Assembly (NCBI GenBank): GCA_051746405.1 | Contig: JBNJFB010000033.1 | Span: 1-26,762, forward strand | Source: Campylobacterota bacterium | GTDB lineage: Bacteria; Campylobacterota; Campylobacteria; Campylobacterales; Arcobacteraceae | Length of the DNA: 26,762 nucleotides | Reading direction: 5' to 3' | In this document: piece after piece, positions 1 to 6,360 of the stretch | Position numbering within the stretch: position 1 is the stretch's first letter | Layout: the number at the start of each line of letters is the position of its first letter | Notes under the pieces: generated by a model | Database searches by the model: none | What the model was told of the DNA's origin: nothing | Seen by the model: only the letters and a program-made list of their open reading frames with translations | Made by a program: the position numbers and the translations under genes

Positions 1-34
1 GGTTTCACTTGTGGAAACGTAGGCCGCTGCCAGC
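1..34 (+). rRNA. rrf: 5S rRNA, 3' end (partial; window starts inside the gene)
   Basis: GGTTTCACTTGTGGAAACGTAGGCCGCTGCCAG resembles the conserved 5S 3' end (...GAGAGTAGG..GCTGCCAG). It is followed by a long hairpin with a T-tract and a tRNA. The exact 3' end is approximate. Confidence 0.8.
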
Positions 35-50
35 TTCTGAGTATTTTATT

Positions 51-100
51 AAGCCAAACCTTAGTCAACGAAGTGTTGATTCAGGTTTGGCTTTTTTTTA
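51..100 (+). terminator. Rho-independent terminator-like hairpin after the rRNA operon
   Basis: AAGCCAAACCT (51-61) pairs with AGGTTTGGCTT (83-93), with inner stem AGTCAAC/GTTGATT, running into T8 (92-99). Confidence 0.8.
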
Positions 101-117
101 GTCTAGTTTATATATTA

Positions 118-193
118 GCCCGCATAGCTCCAATGGTAGAGCAATTGCATGGTAAGCAAGAGGTTGCAGGTTCAAATCCCGCTGTGGGCACCA
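118..193 (+). tRNA. tRNA-Thr (GGT)
   Basis: Cloverleaf: acceptor GCCCGCA/TGTGGGC, D-arm GCTC/GAGC, anticodon loop ATGGTAA (GGT at 151-153), T-loop TTCAAAT, encoded CCA. Confidence 0.96.
144..193 (+). repeat. attL core: 50-bp direct repeat (3' part of tRNA-Thr)
   Basis: ATTGCATGGTAAGCAAGAGGTTGCAGGTTCAAATCCCGCTGTGGGCACCA is identical to 7614-7663. Confidence 0.97.
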
Positions 194-262
194 CTTATAA
201 ATACCACAAAATAGATGTTTGTAGACAATTTATAAAATTTAATCTACTTTAAGATTTTATTG

Positions 263-283
263 GGTGACACTCTAGGTGACACT
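263..283 (+). promoter_or_regulatory. Putative integrase arm-type binding site pair (left end)
   Basis: GGTGACACT at 263-271 and 275-283 (12-bp period). The same pair with the same spacing occurs at 7492-7512. Confidence 0.7.
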
Positions 284-399
284 TTCTTTCACAACTATTA
301 TCATAAATCAAAAATATAATATTCTTTTAACTAGGCATTCCTAAAATTAAAATACACTCAAAGTCTCTCATACTACTTTATAAACTGTACCACTTATTT

Positions 400-590
400 T
401 ATGCTCTTGGAAAGTCAGGATTAAATAAAAAAAGTTTGCTGAGATAATAGGGATGTAATACAATACTGTAAACGCTTGGGGTTCAAACAATTCAATACCA
501 TCGTGGGTTGAGTTGTGGTTTGAGCTATATATTGAGAATAAAGAGTGTAAAGAGTTAAAAGAGGTACTTAAAAACGCTCTTGAAAAGTAA
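400..590 (+). pseudogene. Decayed small XRE-type HTH regulator (no start codon, frameshift, internal stop)
   Basis: Reads YALGKSGLNKK, then a 1-nt frameshift at the A7 run (427-433), then FAEIIGM*YNTVNAWGSNNSIPSWVELWFELYIENKECKELKEVLKNALEK*. TAA stops are at 456-458 and 588-590. The LNKK.FAE..GM.YNTV..WG...IP.WV pattern resembles small Campylobacterota HTH proteins. Confidence 0.7.
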
Positions 591-697
591 GGCTATGGGG
601 GGGAGTTTTGAAAATCCAATCTAGGGGAATGCCCCTTAGAAAATTTATACTATTTTAAAGTAAAAAGTCTTTTTTATTTTACTAATAAATTTTAGAG

Positions 698-1159
698 TTA
701 AATTTTACTTTGGTTTGATATTAACTTGTATTTTTTATTTATAACTGTTTCACAAAAATCTATTAAGTATAGCTCTGTATCAGTTATATCATCATTTTTA
801 TTGTCTTCATCTATATATTTCATAACTTCTTTATGTATTCTTGTATCCATTTTCATAAAAGAACTGCTTAACAGCCAATATAGCCTATTATCTATCATAT
901 CATTTTCTATTAGTTCATCAATAGTTAATCCTGTTATGTAAAAAGCAAGAAGAAATTGATTAGGCATTGGGTCAATATTCTTTTTTTCAGTTATTAATCT
1001 TTCAATTGCAAAGTCATAAAATGCATTTAATTGTGATTTATTTATTTTATTTTGTCCAAAAAACAAATTCTGGGTATAATAATTATCTAATATCATTAAT
1101 ACATCTGCTCGATACTTGCTCTTTTTACCAATTTCAAAAAGTTTACTAAAAAATCCCAT
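698..1159 (-). CDS. Hypothetical protein (153 aa) with amphipathic MGFFSKLF N-terminus; island cargo
   Basis: ORF with an AGGAAG RBS just upstream; last gene of a tightly packed minus-strand four-gene run. Confidence 0.8.
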   Translation of the reverse strand: MGFFSKLFEIGKKSKYRADVLMILDNYYTQNLFFGQNKINKSQLNAFYDFAIERLITEKKNIDPMPNQFLLAFYITGLTIDELIENDMIDNRLYWLLSSSFMKMDTRIHKEVMKYIDEDNKNDDITDTELYLIDFCETVINKKYKLISNQSKI

Positions 1160-1175
1160 TTTATCTTCCTATATA

Positions 1176-2027
1176 TTATTCTTCTAAGTTTTCGTTTCGT
1201 AAAAGTTTATATAGTCTCATTCCAATTTCTGTGTTATCTGCATCATCTTTAAATATATCCTGATAAGCCTGTACTCCATAAATTTGTATTTGCATATATT
1301 TATCTTGGTTAGCTATTGATAAATACAAATTGGCTAACTCTTCATATCTGTTTTCTTTAAAATCAAATATTACAGCTAAACAGTAAGTTATAAATGTTAT
1401 AGCATTTTTATCATTTAAATTTAAATTTTGAGACATATAGTCAGCAACACCACCAAAAAAAGCAACTATTATTTTAAACTTATCATTTTCACTAAATAAA
1501 TTTTTATTTATACTTAATAATTGTATTTCTGCAAAAAGTATTATAGACTCTAACTCATTTGTATATTTTGCGTTTTTGTTCACACTATTAATAAGTTCTT
1601 TATTGGAAATTCCACTTTGTTTCTTTTCTTGGTGATTTTTTATAATATCTTCAACTTGGCTACCTATAGTGAGGATATTATTCATTTCATTACCTTTTTC
1701 GTGAGCTATAGCATACCTCATCATATGATAGTTTCTGGCTTCTACTAATTCTTGACCCCTTAATAAACTCATATTAACATTTAGTTTTTGGGATAAATAA
1801 TAATCAAGTTCATTCATATAATCTATTAATGCTTTATTAAATCCTACTTCATCAATATAATTTAGTCTACCAGTATAGACATCAGATTTTTGATATTCAG
1901 GGTCATCTAACTTTTGATTTAGTAACTCTAAAATATTTTTATATTGACTTTTTTTTCTACCAACCCAGAAAAAACTAAACATAAACCAAACTATTACTAT
2001 CAATACAACAATACCTAAAATTTCCAC
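1176..2027 (-). CDS. Hypothetical membrane-anchored protein (283 aa); C-terminal helical domain possibly Imm48-like
   Basis: GTG start with an AAGGAA RBS; N-terminal hydrophobic helix followed by GRKK; helical C-terminal region. Confidence 0.82.
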   Translation of the reverse strand: MEILGIVVLIVIVWFMFSFFWVGRKKSQYKNILELLNQKLDDPEYQKSDVYTGRLNYIDEVGFNKALIDYMNELDYYLSQKLNVNMSLLRGQELVEARNYHMMRYAIAHEKGNEMNNILTIGSQVEDIIKNHQEKKQSGISNKELINSVNKNAKYTNELESIILFAEIQLLSINKNLFSENDKFKIIVAFFGGVADYMSQNLNLNDKNAITFITYCLAVIFDFKENRYEELANLYLSIANQDKYMQIQIYGVQAYQDIFKDDADNTEIGMRLYKLLRNENLEE

Positions 2028-2039
2028 TTTACTTTCCTT

Positions 2040-2234
2040 TTATTTTATTTGTTTAGCTACAAAATAACCTAAAGCCATTTCACCTAAACTTGTTAGTCCC
2101 CATATTGGAGCATAAGCAATACCCCAAATAACAGCTACTGCAATTATTATAGTAAATGCTTGGCTTTCATTGTTTTGGTTTATTTTACCTATAGTAAAAC
2201 CTACTATTGTAAATATTATAAAATATATAAGCAT
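2040..2234 (-). CDS. Small hypothetical membrane protein (64 aa)
   Basis: Two to three hydrophobic segments; starts 2 bp after the upstream gene's stop and ends 12 bp before the next gene. Confidence 0.75.
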   Translation of the reverse strand: MLIYFIIFTIVGFTIGKINQNNESQAFTIIIAVAVIWGIAYAPIWGLTSLGEMALGYFVAKQIK

Positions 2235-2236
2235 TA

Positions 2237-2590
2237 CTAATCTGTAGTTTTAATATGAAGATTTGCTTGTCTTTTTGATTTCTCAAGTACTTCATCTTTA
2301 TCTATTTGAGATTTAAGTACTTCTTCATCTTTATCTATTTGAGATTCAAGTACTTCATCATTTTTATTATACTTTTTATTATTTCTTAAGTTAAATATTT
2401 CTTGGATTATTAAATAAATAGGGACAAATATCATTACCAGTAACGACCAAATAACCATTAAAGCAGCAATAGGCCAAATAATACCCATCATAATTGAAGT
2501 ACCAATTCGTAAAAAAGAAACAGAAAATGGTAAAATAAAATACAATCCAGCGACTACAGCACCAACAGTTATATATACTTCGAAACTCAT
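2237..2590 (-). CDS. Hypothetical membrane protein (117 aa) with two TM segments and a repeated charged tail
   Basis: AGGAGA RBS upstream; hydrophobic N-terminal half; tail contains DEVLESQIDK / DEEVLKSQIDK / DEVLE repeats. Confidence 0.78.
   Translation of the reverse strand: MSFEVYITVGAVVAGLYFILPFSVSFLRIGTSIMMGIIWPIAALMVIWSLLVMIFVPIYLIIQEIFNLRNNKKYNKNDEVLESQIDKDEEVLKSQIDKDEVLEKSKRQANLHIKTTD
2284..2359. repeat. In-frame tandem repeat (30 bp + 33 bp + partial unit)
   Basis: CAAGTACTTCATCTTTATCTATTTGAGATT (2284-2313), TAAGTACTTCTTCATCTTTATCTATTTGAGATT (2314-2346), CAAGTACTTCATC (2347-2359). Confidence 0.9.
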
Positions 2591-2698
2591 AATTTATCTT
2601 CTCCTGATATATCTTTTTTAAGATATTGTTATATACTTTTTGATAAATACATTATCTAATTAATTATTAAATGGAAATTAAACCATAGGAAGTGTTAA

Positions 2699-2965
2699 GT
2701 GTTTATAAGTAATGCAACAGAAGAAGAGATACTACAACTTCATCAATTAGTATCTAAAAAAGTAAAAGAGTTAAGACTATAAAATAAAATAAGCCAACTT
2801 GAATTGGCTCTTGCTATTGGTTTAAAATCTAAAGCTTTTTTTGGTAATGCTTAAAACAATACAAACGGTAAACACTTCAACATTGAACATATCTATAAAA
2901 TATCTAAAGCTTTAAATGTACCTATGAGTATCTTTTGTGAAAATCTTGAAGAATTAGAAGAATAG
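2699..2965 (+). pseudogene. XRE-family HTH transcriptional regulator pseudogene (two in-frame TAA stops)
   Basis: AGGAAG RBS and GTG start. Reads VFISNATEEEILQLHQLVSKKVKELRL*NKISQLELALAIGLKSKAFFGNA*NNTNGKHFNIEHIYKISKALNVPMSIFCENLEELEE*, with stops at 2780-2782 and 2852-2854. Classic HTH_3/XRE pattern. Confidence 0.88.
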
Positions 2966-3082
2966 TTGTATATTATATTTGTTGTTTATATTATGGGGCT
3001 GAGTGGATGTTCAAAGTGAATTATAATATATTTGTAGTATACTAGTAACAATGAAAAATTAATTTTATTTTGGAGTTGATAT

Positions 3083-3445
3083 ATGACAATTAAAGGTATT
3101 TTGAATAAAGAACCCAAATATATGTTTAAAATGGCTGTAATATATGCTGTTATAGCTTTAATATGGTTTGCGATTTTTGGGATTTTAGTTAATAATACAG
3201 ATATAAGTGAAAGTGAAGTTTTCCCTATCTTTTTACCTATTTATATACTTTTCTGGACTATATCAGGGAGTTATCTTGTATTATTTTTTGTTAATAAATT
3301 TTTCGCAAGAAAATTAATTTATAAACTTGATATATCATCATTAGACAAAAAAAAGAAACTAATGGATTTAGGTGTTATTTCAGTTCAAGAATATACTGAT
3401 GAAGTAGAGAGCTTTAAAAAAAAGTATACTGACTTTACTAATTAA
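3083..3445 (+). CDS. Membrane protein with two TM helices and a C-terminal SHOCT-like segment
   Basis: GGAG RBS; two hydrophobic helices; LDKKKKLMDLGVISVQEY resembles the SHOCT pattern L.KLK.L.D.G.I..EEF. Confidence 0.78.
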   Translation: MTIKGILNKEPKYMFKMAVIYAVIALIWFAIFGILVNNTDISESEVFPIFLPIYILFWTISGSYLVLFFVNKFFARKLIYKLDISSLDKKKKLMDLGVISVQEYTDEVESFKKKYTDFTN

Positions 3446-3470
3446 TCAATAAAACTCATATTTGTATTTC

Positions 3471-3585
3471 CTTGGTTGGTGGGGTATAAAAACTAACAAA
3501 CATTAAAAACTATACAAACCTCTTAATTACTTGGTTTGTGGACTTTGTATAGTTTGTTAGGTTTTTTACTTTTTAGAGGGGGGTA
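3471..3585. repeat. Cluster of direct and inverted short repeats; candidate element replication origin
   Basis: AAACTATACAAA (3507-3518) is inverted at 3544-3555; CTAACAAAC (3493-3501) is inverted at 3552-3560; CTTGGTTGGTGG (3471-3482) ~ CTTGGTTTGTGG (3530-3541); GGGGTAT occurs at both edges. Confidence 0.6.
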
Positions 3586-4590
3586 TCAGTTTTTAAGCTG
3601 ATACTCCTTTGCATTGTTCTTAGATGGATTACTTTTTGCAATCCATCTAGTACCGTTAAATGCTTCAAGGCATTTTCTTATCTCGTTATCTGAGCCCATG
3701 AAATTATTGTCATCTTTTGCATATTGCCTTATTTGCGACTGACTTAGATTTTTATGTTCTTGTAGTAGGGTAACTATAAAATCTATACTCTGCTGGTATT
3801 TATCTTCAAGAATTTTTATACTAGCTTTTTCTTTGATTACTTCTGCTTTATCATCTGCTATCTTTTCAACTGTATCCATTCTAAGTTCAAATGATGATAG
3901 GTCTTTACCTGCATAATATTTATATGAGATAGCTTGAGGAACTACACCTCTACTCTTTTGGTTCTCAAAAAACACTACTTTTTCACTTATAGATTCATCA
4001 AGCTCAAAATCTAAACTGTAAGCACAATCCATATCAGATAACCAATCTCCAACACCTTCAAATTGTAACTTCTCATTATTATCTCGATGCTTGTTTGTAT
4101 GACCTAAAAGTAATACTGTTCCACCTGAAAGGGTAATTTTTCTCATTAACTGTAAGAATAAAGCAGTGTCAGTTTTATCCAGTGGATTTACAAACTTCTT
4201 TACAGTATCAAAAATAACTATCTTATCTTTGTAAAAGGTATTATCATTTTTCAATTGTTGGTTCATAGAAGATAAAATACTCTTTGGGTCATTACTATCA
4301 TCAGTTCCACACAATATCATCATATAGCCATTATCTTTGGCTATTTTGACCTTATCAGTTCCACCATTAATACCATCATCTGCATTGAGATAGATGATAT
4401 CTTCAGTGACATCTTTTAATAGTGCCATTACAAGAAGTGTCTTACCACAATTTGGTGGACCATATATAAAACTTATTTGACCTTTCAGTATAAAGTCACC
4501 TAATATTGGGTTACTATTTACAATCATCTTATTTAGCTCCTCTGGACTTTTATATGCTTTTGTAAAAATATCTGTATTATCAAGGCTCAT
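3586..4590 (-). CDS. AAA_25/RepA-like P-loop ATPase (putative replicative helicase)
   Basis: Walker A GPPNCGKT, Walker B IVIFDT and an LLLGHTNK motif typical of RecA-fold RepA-type helicases; possible C-terminal winged helix. Start overlaps the rha stop by 4 bp. Confidence 0.82.
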   Translation of the reverse strand: MSLDNTDIFTKAYKSPEELNKMIVNSNPILGDFILKGQISFIYGPPNCGKTLLVMALLKDVTEDIIYLNADDGINGGTDKVKIAKDNGYMMILCGTDDSNDPKSILSSMNQQLKNDNTFYKDKIVIFDTVKKFVNPLDKTDTALFLQLMRKITLSGGTVLLLGHTNKHRDNNEKLQFEGVGDWLSDMDCAYSLDFELDESISEKVVFFENQKSRGVVPQAISYKYYAGKDLSSFELRMDTVEKIADDKAEVIKEKASIKILEDKYQQSIDFIVTLLQEHKNLSQSQIRQYAKDDNNFMGSDNEIRKCLEAFNGTRWIAKSNPSKNNAKEYQLKN

Positions 4591-5291
4591 AATAGAGCCT
4601 TTTTGATAAGTTGGTAAGTTTGCTTATAGTGGCATTTATTTACCTCTGTAAGCTCTTGTATTTGTTTTGCTACACTATACTCAAGTTCTTCAAGTTTAAA
4701 TAACATTCTTGGTCCTAGTGCATCTTTGGGGATTCCTTCGATATCTAATACTTTTGAAATAAGTTGAGTATAGTTTATAACTCTATTGCCTACAAACCTA
4801 TCTGATGCTTTACCCTCAGCAATTCTTTGAGGTAGTTCATATGTTTGGATTGCATCTGTAAGTGCTTCTCTTGCCTTTTTGGTTTCACCTCTTATCTCTT
4901 GCCACATATCAGAACCACTATTTCTAGCTATTTGTTTTTGATGTTCAGTAATAATAGAAGCTTTTCTATGAAATTCACCTATGAACCAATATTTATATCT
5001 TCTAGCTTTATCACCTGTAAAGCTTAAAACAATAGCATCAAAACCTTTTCTTGTGAGGTTGTATCTTTTATACTCTTTACCTCTTGAATTGATATAGCTT
5101 GTATCTTGGAAGTATGATTTCACTACGATATTTTCCGCAGTGAGATATTCTATCTCATTACGAATCTTTGATAATACATCACTATGTCTTTTATCAAATA
5201 CTTCAGCTATAAAATCTGAACTTACAAATACATCATTTTTAGATATGTTCACTGCTTTAGTTATGTTAGTTTTTATTATCTCTTCTTTCAT
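4587..5291 (-). CDS. Rha family phage regulatory protein
   Basis: VSSDFIAEVFDKRHSDVL...YFQDTSYINSRGKEYKRYNLTRKGFDAIVLSFTGDKARRYKYWFIGEF matches the phage Rha domain pattern. Confidence 0.9.
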   Translation of the reverse strand: MKEEIIKTNITKAVNISKNDVFVSSDFIAEVFDKRHSDVLSKIRNEIEYLTAENIVVKSYFQDTSYINSRGKEYKRYNLTRKGFDAIVLSFTGDKARRYKYWFIGEFHRKASIITEHQKQIARNSGSDMWQEIRGETKKAREALTDAIQTYELPQRIAEGKASDRFVGNRVINYTQLISKVLDIEGIPKDALGPRMLFKLEELEYSVAKQIQELTEVNKCHYKQTYQLIKKALL

Positions 5292-5293
5292 AA

Positions 5294-5506
5294 TTATGCT
5301 CCTTGTACCTGATGAGTTTCAAGCCATTTATCTATCTCTAGCCTGTCATATCTAATATACTTGCCACCTATCTTACTAAATGGTATTGTTGAGCTATTAC
5401 TAGCCATTCTCATTTTACTCTGACTGGATTTTGAAAATCCATACTCTAATTCTAGGTCATCTGGGGACAACCATCTTTTTTGTATTGTGTTTACAGATGC
5501 TTCCAT
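5294..5506 (-). CDS. Excisionase-like/AlpA-like HTH DNA-binding protein
   Basis: 70 aa with WLSPDDL...GFSKS...IPFSKIGGKYIRYDRLEIDKWL, typical of HTH_17/Xis; strong AAGGAG RBS. Confidence 0.85.
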   Translation of the reverse strand: MEASVNTIQKRWLSPDDLELEYGFSKSSQSKMRMASNSSTIPFSKIGGKYIRYDRLEIDKWLETHQVQGA

Positions 5507-5522
5507 CTTAGTCTCCTTAGTG

Positions 5523-5644
5523 CTATAGGAGAATCGATTCTCTTTTATAGATAAACAAGTATTTGAGCTCTTCTTGTTTCCTATGTTGTAAGTATCACAT
5601 AAAATAGAATTTTACTTAAGGACAAAAAGTTATATCTTTTGTCC
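5523..5644. promoter_or_regulatory. Three successive inverted repeats upstream of the xis-rha-rep operon
   Basis: Perfect palindrome GAGAATCGATTCTC (5529-5542); AAACAAG (5553-5559)/CTTGTTT (5573-5579); GGACAAAA (5620-5627)-N9-TTTTGTCC (5637-5644). Confidence 0.55.
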
Positions 5645-5673
5645 CTAAATTTTAATGCAAGTATATTGGTATT

Positions 5674-6360
5674 TTATTTTAATAGTTTTTTTATTGAGGC
5701 GAGTTTTCTTGTTATTTGAGTTTTATCATATGATGAACCATTCGTTGCGTATGCTACAAATTCTTCAGCTATTTGGTATGCTGTTTTGCTATAAACTGTA
5801 TGTTGTATCCATATATCAAATAGCTCTTGTAAATATTCTGTAGAGTTTTCTAAGGGTATTTGTAACTTGTCAATAGGTGACTGATTATATATCTCTTTTA
5901 ATTTATTTTCATAATGCTTTTTAGGAATAAATGTATTAATAAATAAGTTTTTTGTTTCAACAATTATATTGTCTTCAAATGCACACTCCAAAATCCTATA
6001 ATAGTTGTATTTATAAAGCTTATAGCCTTTGTATTCATCTTCATACATATCATTTAAATCTAACCATTTTAAATTAATAAGATTAGTAAAAACCCCAACT
6101 TGTCTTTGAAGTGGCATTAAATCAGAACTAATTGGCTTTAATAATTGTTTACACATTTCAAGCTCATCATCTAATGTAGAATTATATAATGCATTTGAAT
6201 TATCAATTCTATCGGGTATCTGATATGAGGCAACCACTAATTTGCATTTTTTATCAAACTCAAATTCTTCTACATTTTCATCATTAACATATTCTTCAAT
6301 TATTTGTTTTTCATACTCTTCTATAAGAGCATCATCTGCTATACTATCCCAATCAGCCAT
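5674..6360 (-). CDS. Hypothetical protein (228 aa), coupled to the integrase; acidic N-terminus, possible C-terminal HTH
   Basis: Long ORF whose start overlaps the integrase end by 8 bp; C-terminus KTAYQIAEEF...DKTQITRKLASIKK is helix-turn-helix-like. Confidence 0.8.
   Translation of the reverse strand: MADWDSIADDALIEEYEKQIIEEYVNDENVEEFEFDKKCKLVVASYQIPDRIDNSNALYNSTLDDELEMCKQLLKPISSDLMPLQRQVGVFTNLINLKWLDLNDMYEDEYKGYKLYKYNYYRILECAFEDNIIVETKNLFINTFIPKKHYENKLKEIYNQSPIDKLQIPLENSTEYLQELFDIWIQHTVYSKTAYQIAEEFVAYATNGSSYDKTQITRKLASIKKLLK

Noticed and set aside
118..193. tRNA-Thr damaged by integration (A:G mismatch at the top of the anticodon stem, A:C in the T-stem)
   Set aside because: The same bases are present in both att copies and the rest of the cloverleaf and CCA are intact, so nothing indicates that integration altered it.
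726..1149. Plus-strand ORFs 726-941 and 967-1149
   Set aside because: Antisense shadows of the 153-aa cargo gene with no RBS or recognisable motifs.
2284..2359. Possible mini-CRISPR array
   Set aside because: Units are directly adjacent with no spacers, lie in frame within a CDS, and no cas genes are present.
4845..5843. Plus-strand ORFs 4845-5027, 5140-5355 and 5655-5843
   Set aside because: Antisense to rha, xis and the 228-aa gene; no independent coding evidence.
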